64,000 nt of DNA from Patescibacteria group bacterium (GCA_041666325.1 JBAYHC010000004.1:64929-128928), one strand, 5' to 3'; counted from the first letter of the stretch, positions 26,637 through 36,420 are shown. The notes: generated from the letters alone by a model not told the origin. Program-made: numbers and translations.

Positions 26637-26666
26637 AAAAGCGCTACTTCGGTTAGCGCTTTTAAT
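26637..26666 (+). terminator. rho-independent terminator
   Basis: AAAAGCGCTA-cttcggt-TAGCGC followed by TTTT. Confidence 0.6.
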
Positions 26667-26761
26667 TTTGTACTTCGATGCTGTTGACAAACTGAGTGAT
26701 AAAATGTACAGTGTTGCGTTAAGCTACTATTTGACTATCGGGCCAGTATGGCCTAGTCGTT

Positions 26762-27214
26762 TTGATTATTATGAAAAAGAAAACTAGAAAAAATAGAAAA
26801 ATTCTTATCATCGATGATGATTGGACTATCGCCCAGATGTATGGCGAAAGACTGGACACAGAGGGCTACGATGTTGTCTGGGCCAATGATGGTGTTGTCG
26901 GACTTGAGAAGATACTCCACCACAAGCCTGATTTGATCATTCTTGATCTCTTCATGCCCAACCGTGGTGGTTTAGGCGTCTTGCGAGTTCTGCGAAGCAT
27001 TCCAAAGACTGCCCAGATCCCAGTCATCGTTCTAACTGCCTATCCGAAAGAGGAGTTTACCTCTGTTGCCGAACGTTACGGCATATCATCATTCTTTGGC
27101 AAGGCAAGCACTCTTCCTGCTGAGATCGTACTAAAGGTAAAAGAGGCTATGGCAGTACCAAGGACAGTCAGGAAAAGCTACACCCAGGAAATCACAATCG
27201 CAAAGTTGTACTAA
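26762..27214 (+). CDS. single-domain response regulator (receiver)
   Basis: ILIIDDD ... LIILDLFMPNRGG ... K; start possibly at MKKKTRKN. Confidence 0.7.
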   Translation: MIIMKKKTRKNRKILIIDDDWTIAQMYGERLDTEGYDVVWANDGVVGLEKILHHKPDLIILDLFMPNRGGLGVLRVLRSIPKTAQIPVIVLTAYPKEEFTSVAERYGISSFFGKASTLPAEIVLKVKEAMAVPRTVRKSYTQEITIAKLY

Positions 27215-27223
27215 TATCACCTC

Positions 27224-27252
27224 AAAAAGCGGTCAGCCTTGACCGTTTTTTG
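27224..27252. terminator. bidirectional intrinsic terminator
   Basis: AAAAAGCGGTCA-gcct-TGACCG followed by TTTTTT, with an A-run on the other side. Confidence 0.55.
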
Positions 27253-28012
27253 TTTTGGCTTCGACTCCCAAAACATCAAGCGCAATCCGCGTTGCTCCCT
27301 CAAGGTTTTTAGCGCAAACATCCGTACCATAGATCGAGGTAAACTTACCATCCAGATAATAGTCACTGATAACCTGGAGGGAGGCAATTTTAACACCCTT
27401 CTCCTTGGCGATCGCAAACAAAGCAGAACATTCCATCTCGAAGCCAGCAATATTATTTTCTTTGGCGTGATCAATCTCAGCCAGCGTCTGTCTAAACATA
27501 CAATCGGTTGTCCAGATTGAAATCGGCTTAGCACCCTTTTCGATCAGCCTGTCTGTCAAATCCTTGTCTGGATAAGCCCACGGATCACTGTTCTCCGTGT
27601 AATGATGCGACACACCTTCGTCCCGCATTGCCCTGGTTACTGCGTAGACGGCATCGTTGTCGTGCTTCGTGCTCACTTTGCCATACAATCCGATATAAAC
27701 GAAATTCTTGATACCGTAGGCAACCAATTGCTCAAATACCCATGCCCACATCGGAGAACCGAATCCGACGAAAGCACAAAAAACAGCCACATCCTCATTC
27801 ATCAATATCGGCTCGATAATATTCGGTCCCTTGGCCAGATCCAAATCTTGTTCCAATCCACTCCGCAGCCTCGCCAACGGACTAAAAATACAATTCTCTG
27901 GCGCCAGTGGAAGCTCCGATAAGTCGGAGGCCTTGTTGTTCTTCAGGAACATGTCGATCGCCCGAAGGGAATTCTCCGAGCTAAACTTTTCCTTTCGCTG
28001 AGGTAAATACAT
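27233..28012 (-). CDS. PNP/UDP family 1 nucleoside phosphorylase-like protein
   Basis: GFEMECSALFAIAKEKGVKIASLQVISD matches the conserved phosphorylase block (compare DeoD [29 protein letters not shown]). Confidence 0.6.
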   Translation of the reverse strand: MYLPQRKEKFSSENSLRAIDMFLKNNKASDLSELPLAPENCIFSPLARLRSGLEQDLDLAKGPNIIEPILMNEDVAVFCAFVGFGSPMWAWVFEQLVAYGIKNFVYIGLYGKVSTKHDNDAVYAVTRAMRDEGVSHHYTENSDPWAYPDKDLTDRLIEKGAKPISIWTTDCMFRQTLAEIDHAKENNIAGFEMECSALFAIAKEKGVKIASLQVISDYYLDGKFTSIYGTDVCAKNLEGATRIALDVLGVEAKTKNGQG

Positions 28013-28092
28013 GAGATCTCACTTATTTAGTTATTATCCATCTAATCCTAGTCTTTTCACTGTTCTGATTCAATGCTCAAAAAAAGCGCCAG

Positions 28093-28470
28093 CTAACTGG
28101 CGCGGCGGCAACTTACTTCTAAGGAAATCGGCTGCAAAACGCAACCCTCAGGAATTTCCCCCGGCGAATAATATCCAATATATCGAACAGTAAGGTCAAA
28201 GAGGGTCCATTGACCTGTTTTACCTCTTGGGTGATAGGGATTACCGAACTCCAAATCAAGCATCGGCTGACCGCACTGAATTAACCAATCAATCGGGAAA
28301 AAGCCGTCCTTAACAGAACTGCAAGAAAACTGGCATCTCACTCTCCTGGTATCAATAACTTGCACATAAATGGCATCACCGAGATTTGGCTTACGCCATG
28401 TTCCATCGACAAGCAAACAAAATATCTCGCCTGGCCGCCTTGGCCGGGCCACGTCCAGAGGTATTCTCAC
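28093..28470 (-). CDS. hypothetical protein (125 aa, GC-rich)
   Basis: ORF only; no motif recognised. Confidence 0.4.
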   Translation of the reverse strand: MRIPLDVARPRRPGEIFCLLVDGTWRKPNLGDAIYVQVIDTRRVRCQFSCSSVKDGFFPIDWLIQCGQPMLDLEFGNPYHPRGKTGQWTLFDLTVRYIGYYSPGEIPEGCVLQPISLEVSCRRAS

Positions 28471-28598
28471 CCGGCACCTCCTTGGTCAGAATATTTATAC
28501 TACCCCAAAGCAAATTTATCAACCACTGCCACTAAAAGATTGCCCCGACAATAGTTGCCGGGGCGGGGATTTTCCTCTGCTCGATCCCTTCGTCCTCA

Positions 28599-29237
28599 CT
28601 ATGCGACCATCCTCTCCGGCCGCGATACCCGTGCCATCTTCATCAACTTGATTTCCTCCATGGCTTCGATCCAGGTCAGGATCTGCCGGGCAGCAACATC
28701 GAGATAGACGTTGTCGATCTTCCTGATCATGTTCAGCGTCGGCAAGCGACGCGGACAGAGCTCGTCGACATACTCGCCGAAGACGTTGTGCTCGGCCATG
28801 CGCTCCCGGTCGATAACGACCAGATCCGTCGAAGCTGGCTGCATACAGTTGAGGTATGGTGCAGCGGCACGCCGATCGCTGAGATGGAAGGTGTCGACAT
28901 CGATCCGGATCATTGTCATCTCCTCGATGGTGGGAAGATTGACGATCCGGCCGATGCAGCGGGCTGAGACGAACGGCTCGAAGCCTCCGCTCTGGTTTCT
29001 GGTTGCGTATCGCCCCCAGTCGACGATTGTTATACCAGGGGGCAGGAGAGCTATGGTCTGTTCCAGATACCGCTCGAAGTCCTGGATGCCGCCATTGGCG
29101 TTACCGAGATAGACCGCAGCACAAACTTCCATGTTGAAACGATGGAAGTCGGGCCGCCACTCGATCAATCGACTAACGACACTTGTGACCCCGCTACAGC
29201 GCGGGCCTCCGATCGTGACCAGAACGTTTCTCATCAT
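28599..29237 (-). CDS. hypothetical protein with degenerate P-loop-like N-terminus (GC-rich)
   Basis: VTIGGPRCSGVTSV resembles a Walker A motif with Val in place of Lys. Confidence 0.45.
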   Translation of the reverse strand: MMRNVLVTIGGPRCSGVTSVVSRLIEWRPDFHRFNMEVCAAVYLGNANGGIQDFERYLEQTIALLPPGITIVDWGRYATRNQSGGFEPFVSARCIGRIVNLPTIEEMTMIRIDVDTFHLSDRRAAAPYLNCMQPASTDLVVIDRERMAEHNVFGEYVDELCPRRLPTLNMIRKIDNVYLDVAARQILTWIEAMEEIKLMKMARVSRPERMVA

Positions 29238-29361
29238 GGTGCTCCTCTCTGTCGACGTTCGATCGACCCCATCATAATACGATTAGAAATTGCTCCAAGA
29301 GATCTTGTCTATAATTTTGACAACTAATTAATTGCAATAGTACTTAGCTCGATCTATAATA

Positions 29362-30117
29362 TTGTCAATGAACAACAAAAATCTCGAAACATTAATCGAT
29401 CTTGGTATGGAGGACAAAGAGGCAAGAATCTATCTTTCACTCCTTGCGCTTGGCAATGCCACCGTCGCTGATGTTGCACAACGATCTGGTATTAAGCGAA
29501 CTACCATTTATTTCATACTGGAAAATCTCAAGAAGAAAGGGCTGGCTCACCGATTGAAGGTAGATACAAAAACTTTCTATTCGGCTGAGCGTCCGCAAAT
29601 GCTACTGCGCCACGAGAATGAAAAAGTTAAAAAATTAGAGGAGATACTACCCTCCCTTGTTTCATTGGGTCACGCCAAATCACAGAGAGCAAAGGTACTC
29701 TTTTTTGACAGCGAGGAGGGCTTCAAGCAAATCTGGTTTCGCCTCTTCCAATCTGGCGAAAAAGAGTACTTGATTATCACCGACCCAAGAGAGATGCTCT
29801 ACTTCGTACGCAAAAATTACATCACCGGCAAGATCATTAAGGAAAAAATCGAACGAGATATAAGCAGTCGCCAGATCATCGCGGCATCAACCTACGCCAA
29901 AGAGATTGTGGCCAAGGACAAAGAAGAAAACCGCACCTCAAAAATTTTGCCGTTCGGCCACTCGCTACCCTTCACCACGATAATCTTTGGCGATAATGTT
30001 GCCCTTATCTCTCCCATCATGGAGAATATTATTCTTCTAATTGAAAGCGAGGCCTTTGCGCAAACCGAACGCTCCAAGTTCGAGGCGCTGTGGCAATCAT
30101 TGTCCGCTAGCAGCTAA
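29362..30117 (+). CDS. TrmB-family transcriptional regulator (paralog 2 of 3)
   Basis: wHTH LIDLGMEDKEARIYLSLLALGNATVADVAQRSGIKRTTIYFILENLKKKGL. Confidence 0.65.
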   Translation: MSMNNKNLETLIDLGMEDKEARIYLSLLALGNATVADVAQRSGIKRTTIYFILENLKKKGLAHRLKVDTKTFYSAERPQMLLRHENEKVKKLEEILPSLVSLGHAKSQRAKVLFFDSEEGFKQIWFRLFQSGEKEYLIITDPREMLYFVRKNYITGKIIKEKIERDISSRQIIAASTYAKEIVAKDKEENRTSKILPFGHSLPFTTIIFGDNVALISPIMENIILLIESEAFAQTERSKFEALWQSLSASS

Positions 30118-30408
30118 ACCATCGATCTCCTCTGCCAGCTCAAAGTCTTTTGCCGTTACGGCTTCAACGTCATGGGTCCACGTCTCTATGATAACTTCGT
30201 TGAATGAGATATGAATCTCAGGATGGTGTTTGCGACGCTCGGCGATTGCGCCGACATCATTAACAAATTGCAACGCCTCAGGGAAATCCTTGAAGGCGAA
30301 CTGACCGAAGAGCGTCATGTCGTCTTCATCGATAAACCAGCTTTCTGATAATTGGTCGAGCCGCTCCTCCATTTCGTCCTCATTCATTTTTTGTTCTTCA
30401 TTAGCCAT
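30097..30408 (-). CDS. pterin-4a-carbinolamine dehydratase (PCD/DCoH)
   Basis: ERRKHHPEIHISFNEVIIETWTHD signature. Start set at MANEEQK because the longer tool ORF overlaps the neighbouring gene. Confidence 0.7.
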   Translation of the reverse strand: MANEEQKMNEDEMEERLDQLSESWFIDEDDMTLFGQFAFKDFPEALQFVNDVGAIAERRKHHPEIHISFNEVIIETWTHDVEAVTAKDFELAEEIDGLAASGQ

Positions 30409-30469
30409 GAATGCTCCTTCCTGCTCACATTGTAACAAAAAATGTACCCGGGCAGGGACCGGGTACGGA

Positions 30470-31051
30470 CTAGGGCAACAAGAGACTATAAAACTCCTGC
30501 CAAGAGTAGACGCGAACGGCAATGTCACCAGGATCCTCGTCCCGGTTGTAGGGTTGATCAAAGAGATACAAACGTGGCACGACGCCAACGAGGCACTGCA
30601 GGGCCTCAATACTGTCGTCGACGTAAACATCAAGACCGCCGAGGTCACGCACAATCGCCGTCTTGTCCTTGCTCATCCCATTGCTTAGGACTGGAATATC
30701 CCATCCATGCAACTGGAAAAGCTCAACAATGTGCCTGGCAGCAACCTCCGGCCGACTACTGATAACTGGCACAAACCAGCCATCACGCAACATTCGGTCA
30801 ATGTGCTCTCTGGCACCGGGAACAAACTGGAAGGTCAGGGCCTGCTCGCGAACCTTATAAGCAAAGTCCTTAATCGCATCATACTGTTTGCTTGTAATAA
30901 TACCCTCCCGAACCAGAAGCTCGCGCTTGGCAAATCGGGGCGGAATATCAATACCAAAAAGTATTCTTGACGCCCTGGACTTGGCTTCGGCACCGTCAAG
31001 GACAACACCGTCACCATCAAGGCCGACACGCAGACGGGTCAACAAAACCAC
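30470..31051 (-). CDS. HAD-superfamily hydrolase, 5'(3')-deoxyribonucleotidase-like
   Basis: HAD motif I LDGDGVVLD near the N-terminus; C-terminal DD-containing motif YVDDS. Confidence 0.55.
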   Translation of the reverse strand: MVLLTRLRVGLDGDGVVLDGAEAKSRASRILFGIDIPPRFAKRELLVREGIITSKQYDAIKDFAYKVREQALTFQFVPGAREHIDRMLRDGWFVPVISSRPEVAARHIVELFQLHGWDIPVLSNGMSKDKTAIVRDLGGLDVYVDDSIEALQCLVGVVPRLYLFDQPYNRDEDPGDIAVRVYSWQEFYSLLLP

Positions 31052-31149
31052 CCCCTCTCCTGTCGTAGAGTGACCATCCGATATTAGTCTAAGCCTTTTT
31101 TTATCAGATGGGCAAGACCTTGGGACCCGAGATACAAATATTTAGTAAA

Positions 31150-31740
31150 CTATGCCTGGTCAAACTTTTTGACATTTTCATGTAGGCGCGAAAAGGAGAA
31201 CTCCAGTCGATCCAAAAGAGCTTGTGCCGTTTTGGGAAAACGCTTAAATTCGATTGAACCCATCTCTTCCCGCATCTCCTCAACGATGGGAAGAAAAAAT
31301 GAATGAGCCCAGTCAGAACCGAGATCGTGCAGTCCATAGGCGACACAGATCGTATTTTCAACCAAATCACTCAGCTTTATAAGTTTCGCCTCTTCCGGTG
31401 CCTCTGCCATTTTGGTCAAGTAGGCATCGCGGTCAGCGTCGCCGCCCTCATTGGTCAAAAACCAGATAAGCTCGTCAACCTCCTTGCCAAAATGCTTAAT
31501 GATCTCACCTCTCTTGATACTTGTGTCTTCGTAGAGATCGTGGCCGAGAGCCGCCAACAAGATTTGTTCCAATCTTTTCTTGTTATGACTGAGCTCATTA
31601 GACTGGATGAGTGCATTGTTTAATATCTCAGATACGCTTACCAGATGGTGCCAATAAGGAACTTTGTCAGCATTGCGCCCCTGGTGAGCATGATATTTTT
31701 TGATAACCTCGACCATTTCCTTGTATTGCGCGCTTTCCAT
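31150..31740 (-). CDS. HD-domain phosphohydrolase
   Basis: H...HD metal-binding pattern HHLVSVSEI ... ALGHDLYED. Confidence 0.65.
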   Translation of the reverse strand: MESAQYKEMVEVIKKYHAHQGRNADKVPYWHHLVSVSEILNNALIQSNELSHNKKRLEQILLAALGHDLYEDTSIKRGEIIKHFGKEVDELIWFLTNEGGDADRDAYLTKMAEAPEEAKLIKLSDLVENTICVAYGLHDLGSDWAHSFFLPIVEEMREEMGSIEFKRFPKTAQALLDRLEFSFSRLHENVKKFDQA

Positions 31741-31827
31741 ATTGCCTCCAAATTATCTAGATCTAATTTAGCAACTTTTGAGAACAAAAACAGCCCCGCA
31801 AGCAACGCCTGCAGGGCCGGAAAACGG

Positions 31828-32520
31828 TCAAAACAAAGAACGGTAATAATCCAGGAAATGGCGGTAGTCCAGTTCATCCTGGGCCGGATGTTCACCAGGG
31901 ATCTGACGCGGACGATGGCTCAGGTATTCGACCCTGGCTAGATTTGCCGGCAACCCACCACCCATGGTGTAGTCAGGAAGCGCCGTATTGGCGCGCATCA
32001 GGAGCCAGGCGCTTGCCATCTTGGCCGCCTTGCCGCAACCATCAGCAAAGAAATGGTCCCGCATATCAATGTGCCACTCAGCCAGAGCGGCCAAGGTAAT
32101 GGCGTCAGCACCGCTTCTTATCTGCTGGTGCAGATTGTAGTAGAAGCGCTGCATGGCCCTCTCAAGATCAGCCACCCGAGTGTAAAGATATTTGTCAGAA
32201 TCGGCACCGCCACGGAAAAGGCAGCCATCACGCAGAATTCCCCGATTGACCTTCTGAGCCAGAGTTTCGATCACAAAGCGAAGTGATTGCGGACAGGTCA
32301 CAAATCCAATCTCATGACGGCCCTCAAATGCATACTCGACGGCCATCTCCAGGTTCAAGCGAGCCAGTTCGGCCGCCCCTTCAGCATCCAATCCTGGCAC
32401 GATCTTTGCCCCCTTATCGGCTGACGCGCCAAGATCCAATATACCTTTGGCCGTCCGACTCATCAGTAGCAGATTGCGACCTGCTTGTTCCTGATACTCC
32501 TCTAGCGTTGGCACTGTCAT
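31828..32520 (-). CDS. Fic/Doc-family protein with degenerate active-site motif
   Basis: HFFADGCGKAAKMASAWLLMRAN in place of HPFx[DE]GNGRxxR (N->C, R->K). Start at MTVPTLEEY, preceded by GGAGAGGAGG. Confidence 0.55.
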   Translation of the reverse strand: MTVPTLEEYQEQAGRNLLLMSRTAKGILDLGASADKGAKIVPGLDAEGAAELARLNLEMAVEYAFEGRHEIGFVTCPQSLRFVIETLAQKVNRGILRDGCLFRGGADSDKYLYTRVADLERAMQRFYYNLHQQIRSGADAITLAALAEWHIDMRDHFFADGCGKAAKMASAWLLMRANTALPDYTMGGGLPANLARVEYLSHRPRQIPGEHPAQDELDYRHFLDYYRSLF

Positions 32521-32536
32521 TCCTCCTCTCCGTTCC

Positions 32537-32998
32537 CTACTCACGCATAACCGCCAGATCAGTCGTCTCGACAACCTGAAGACCGTTGTTGTTGAGAACC
32601 TCTTCAACATCGGCGTAAACAGGCATTATGGCGGCAACGCCAGTAACCGTGATCGCCCGCTGGACTATCGGCTGCAAACCGACAAGAACGAATGGCGCGC
32701 TCAACTCAGGCGGGAGAGCGGGCCGATCCGCACTGGCAATGCCAGTGAATTCAACCAAGCCCTGGATAAGCACCCCTAGACCGACGCTATCCATGAAATC
32801 AACTTCAATCATGTCGACAATGACGCCAAATCCGATCGGCGCTCGCTTGTGCAGTTCAGAGAGAATATCCCTCAACTGCTCCGCGGTATGGCCGTCGAGC
32901 TCGCCGGAGAGCTCGACGACATAGAATTCACCCTCAATCCGTACGGGGTTAATATGCAGATAGCTCACTTCATCTATCTGCAAATGTCTCGGGTTCAT
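32537..32998 (-). CDS. STAS-domain protein (anti-sigma-factor antagonist-like)
   Basis: FYVVELSGELDGHTAEQLRDIL ... VIVDMIEVDFMDSVGLGVLI matches the SpoIIAA-like pattern. Confidence 0.6.
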   Translation of the reverse strand: MNPRHLQIDEVSYLHINPVRIEGEFYVVELSGELDGHTAEQLRDILSELHKRAPIGFGVIVDMIEVDFMDSVGLGVLIQGLVEFTGIASADRPALPPELSAPFVLVGLQPIVQRAITVTGVAAIMPVYADVEEVLNNNGLQVVETTDLAVMRE

Positions 32999-33116
32999 GC
33001 TACACCTCCGTACGTTCTTATAACATAAAAAAGAATATTAAGCAATGGCTAATATTGCATGCCGGCACTTTCCGTGTTATTATGCGCGCAGCGACAGGCA
33101 AAGGAGGGAACAGGTC

Positions 33117-34100
33117 ATGCCTGATGATCCGTATCGCGCTACGTTTGATTGCCGAGTGGTGGGGATGAAGTTTTCGCCCATCTCGCTCGACCTGATTGTC
33201 CTGCTTGAAGACGCCCGCCTTGTTGTGTTGGGTGACGACGGGCAGCGCAAAGTATTTCTGCCAGAAAGAGTTGGCGGCAGGGCCTACTCGCTCGCAGTCT
33301 CTCCGACTGAGGACGCGTCCAGGGAGTTTCCCCAGTTTGTTGTTGCCTGCGATAAACCGTTCGAGCATTCGGATGATACGCATTTCTTGCAATTCAGGGG
33401 TCTGAGAAGCAGCTCACACCACCTCATGACAATCGCAACCGATCACCCGATCGGTGTGATGTCTTACTTTAAACGAGATGGCAATCTCAACCTGCTTTAC
33501 GGTGACACAGATGGCAAGTTGGCCTGTTTCGATATGCAGAGAGGAGGAAGTAACTGGCATGAGCCAATCTGGCAAAACCGAGTGGCCTCTGGACCGATCC
33601 TCTCTCTGGCAGTGTCACCCGATGGAACGTGGGCCGTTGCCGGAAGCGAAAGGCCATCGTTTGTTACATTTGATCCTACCAGTGGCAGCGAGATAAACCG
33701 TAGGCAACTTTCTCTTTATGGTGATCCAATCGGGCCGGTTACCTCACTGGCGATAGGCAAAGACACATCCGATTACTTTGTCTACACAACTTCCAACGGC
33801 GCAATCTGCGCGCATCACTATGCCAGCAGTGCCTATGCCTGGTTTATCTCCGATTCTCAGTTTGACTACAGAACCGTTGTTGCCCACAAGAATTCCCGAA
33901 CAATGATCGCTGGCAGCAACTTTAACACCCTGCGTATCTTTGACGAAATTCGTGGCGAAACACCAGCCCGCCACATTGCCACTGAGCCATCAGTTTACTT
34001 CCTCGATGTTCATCCATTCCGAGGTTGGCTTGCTATCTGTTCCATTATCGGAGTACACGGCGGCGTCAAGTCGAAAGTTCGAGTTTGCACTACCCCCTAA
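33117..34100 (+). CDS. WD40/PQQ-like beta-propeller repeat protein
   Basis: Repeated blocks of the form ILSLAVSPDGTWAVAGSERPSFVTFDPTSG. Start at MPDDPYRATF, preceded by AGGAGGG. Confidence 0.55.
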   Translation: MPDDPYRATFDCRVVGMKFSPISLDLIVLLEDARLVVLGDDGQRKVFLPERVGGRAYSLAVSPTEDASREFPQFVVACDKPFEHSDDTHFLQFRGLRSSSHHLMTIATDHPIGVMSYFKRDGNLNLLYGDTDGKLACFDMQRGGSNWHEPIWQNRVASGPILSLAVSPDGTWAVAGSERPSFVTFDPTSGSEINRRQLSLYGDPIGPVTSLAIGKDTSDYFVYTTSNGAICAHHYASSAYAWFISDSQFDYRTVVAHKNSRTMIAGSNFNTLRIFDEIRGETPARHIATEPSVYFLDVHPFRGWLAICSIIGVHGGVKSKVRVCTTP

Positions 34101-34218
34101 TTCTATTGGACGAATTGTCATGGGCGCAGTACTGACTGCGTCCTTTTTTATTACAAAAAAATCGGAGGAGATCCGATTTCGGCTAAAGGGGCGGGCTGAC
34201 ACCCTTGCCCCGGGGAGA

Positions 34219-34575
34219 TTATTGAGGCTCTATGGCCTCTTCCAATGTTCTATATAACCGGATAACGCTGAGACGCTTCGCCAGACCAAGGATCCTTTTG
34301 ACCCGGGACGAGACACCGACCAACTTTACCTCGCCATTATTCTGACTGGCCTTCTTGTAGTACCGGCTGATGGCGCTGATACCGCTCGCATCCATAAATG
34401 ACACCCGGCTCAGATCGATCACAATGTTGTAGCAACCTTCATTTAATACTCGATCCAGGCAATCGCAAAGCTCAGGAACGGTATAAATGTCAATTTCACC
34501 CTCGACACTTACAACCGTCCATCCGCCGAGCCCCCTAGATACCACGAGGAACTGGGGACCTGGAGTCTGTTGCAT
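34219..34575 (-). CDS. STAS-domain anti-sigma-factor antagonist (SpoIIAA-like)
   Basis: WTVVSVEGEIDIYTVPELCDCL ... IVIDLSRVSFMDASGISAI. Confidence 0.65.
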   Translation of the reverse strand: MQQTPGPQFLVVSRGLGGWTVVSVEGEIDIYTVPELCDCLDRVLNEGCYNIVIDLSRVSFMDASGISAISRYYKKASQNNGEVKLVGVSSRVKRILGLAKRLSVIRLYRTLEEAIEPQ

Positions 34576-34854
34576 GGGCTTCCTCCTTTGAATGGCCTCT
34601 CATTTTATCACATAGTTGACAACAAGAAAAGACGGGTAGGAATAATTAATCTCAGGTTAAGATCAAAACAGTCTGACAAATTAGATTAGACAGACTCTCG
34701 CATCCAAGACACCTTGCACATAAGCCAACAAACAAAGCAGCTATTCCGACCGACCAACTATGTGCCTCCCCAACAGAATAATATCATCAACCAAATATTA
34801 CATATTACAAAAAAGCCACCGGCTATGATCCGGTGGACGTGTGAGAATACACCA

Positions 34855-35397
34855 CTATGTGCCAAGGGGCCAGCAACCCTTCGCAAGAAGATATCGGTCA
34901 ACATTCGCCGCTCCAGCCATACGCAAACCAATATCAAGATCCAAAAGTGCCTCACTGGGAGGCTCGCTTCTTCCGACAAAAGCGGTTCCACCACACGACC
35001 AGTCACAAGACTGGCCAGATGCCAAACCATAAACAGTGACATTAAACCTCGGTCCGGTCGGCTGATCACCGTTCAAACGTGCGGATTCGTAGCACAAATA
35101 CTCTCGGAGCTCATGACAACGATCAATTGTTGAAACATGGACAACTATGGTTGGAACAGGTAGCGATAATGATATGGCCGACTTCAAAAAGGCGGCTATC
35201 TGTCCTTTCCACGCACCCGATTCACCAATCTCTATCAATCCAATAGCACCATTGCCCATAACAACATCACAGTCGCACGAAAGTGTCTTCGGAAGCTGCT
35301 CGCTTCGTGGCAACGTTGGATCGTACACCAACAGAATCGATCGAGCCGATGGTCTCATCAGCGCCTCCTCTCGACACGATTTAACCAAATTTATCAC
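34855..35397 (-). CDS. hypothetical protein (180 aa, GC-rich)
   Basis: ORF only; start may be the internal Met (MRPSARSILLVYD). Confidence 0.35.
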   Translation of the reverse strand: MINLVKSCREEALMRPSARSILLVYDPTLPRSEQLPKTLSCDCDVVMGNGAIGLIEIGESGAWKGQIAAFLKSAISLSLPVPTIVVHVSTIDRCHELREYLCYESARLNGDQPTGPRFNVTVYGLASGQSCDWSCGGTAFVGRSEPPSEALLDLDIGLRMAGAANVDRYLLAKGCWPLGT

Positions 35398-35513
35398 TTA
35401 CTTAGGTCTTTTTCAACTATTCCAATTGCTCTGAGCTAGGCCCAACAACCAATAAACCGCCAAACAAGTTGGCAGTTTTTAAAAAACACTCAAACCGTAG
35501 CTTGAGCATTTTT

Positions 35514-35590
35514 TGGTACCGCGTATGGGAGTCGAACCCATGATTTCCGCCGTGAGAGGGCGGCGTCCTAGACCACTAGACGAACGCGGC
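35514..35590 (-). tRNA. tRNA-Glu (anticodon CUC)
   Basis: Hand-folded cloverleaf: acceptor GCCGCGU/ACGCGGU, anticodon stem CCGCC/GGCGG with loop CUCUCAC, T-loop GUUCGACU, encoded CCA. Confidence 0.8.
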
Positions 35591-35666
35591 ACGTCGTGTC
35601 TGTCCCGCTAACAACGAATCTCGATAGACTTTGCAATAATAGCACAATCTGGCCTTTTTCTCAAGC

Positions 35667-36230
35667 CTATAGTTGTTCCTGGGGCTGCTCGTTCGCAGTT
35701 TTTACATCTGCAAAGAGCAAACTGTCAACTATTGCGCGCGCGAAGTCAGTCGCAACCTCGGAACTGCTAGCAGTAATAATATTACCGTCTGTCACGACAT
35801 CATTGCCAGAAAACTTGGCACCGACTTCATCAATTGCTTCTCGTGCCCCACTCCAAGCGGCAACGTTATGGCCAGACAAAATCCCTGCCTTGGCAAGCAC
35901 GACCGGAGCCCAACAGATCGCGCAAACGTATTTCCCAGTACTGGCAAACTCCTGAGCCAAGCCCAAGGCCAAGTCATCCGCGAAATAGCGCTCAACTCCA
36001 TTCCCGCCCACATAAACAATGCCATCGAATTCATCAGGGTTGACTTCATCAAAAGTTAGATCTACCCCAATTGTAGTTCCGCCGATTCCGGTACACTCTC
36101 CTGGCTCTGCGGCCGCAATCTTTATTCCGATTCCGTTATCCGAAAGCATCTCATAAGGCACACTAAACTCCTCATCACGAAACTCATAGTTCGGCACAAC
36201 CATAACTACCTTTTTCTCTGAATCCATCAC
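35667..36230 (-). CDS. DJ-1/PfpI family protein
   Basis: Nucleophile elbow YVCAICWAPVVLAKAGIL and the overall ThiJ fold pattern. Confidence 0.75.
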   Translation of the reverse strand: MMDSEKKVVMVVPNYEFRDEEFSVPYEMLSDNGIGIKIAAAEPGECTGIGGTTIGVDLTFDEVNPDEFDGIVYVGGNGVERYFADDLALGLAQEFASTGKYVCAICWAPVVLAKAGILSGHNVAAWSGAREAIDEVGAKFSGNDVVTDGNIITASSSEVATDFARAIVDSLLFADVKTANEQPQEQL

Positions 36231-36420
36231 GCCTCCTTATCGTTAACGATAGAAACCCTTTGATCATTATAATGCGTATCATTCCCCCAGAGCAACCTTT
36301 TAGCTTTTGTCGTATTGCGAACAACTGAGTGTTTGTCCAAAAGCGCAACACCCCGTTCCTTGTCTTTTTTGAAAAGAAATGTTAACATTCGATCGCCAGG
36401 CACTAATGTTTTGAGATCAT

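Noticed and set aside
30097-30654. Full-length 185-aa tool ORF for the pterin dehydratase
   Set aside because: The N-terminal 80 codons overlap the HAD gene's 3' end and are Cys/Ser/Thr-rich non-homologous sequence; the conserved protein starts at MANEEQK.
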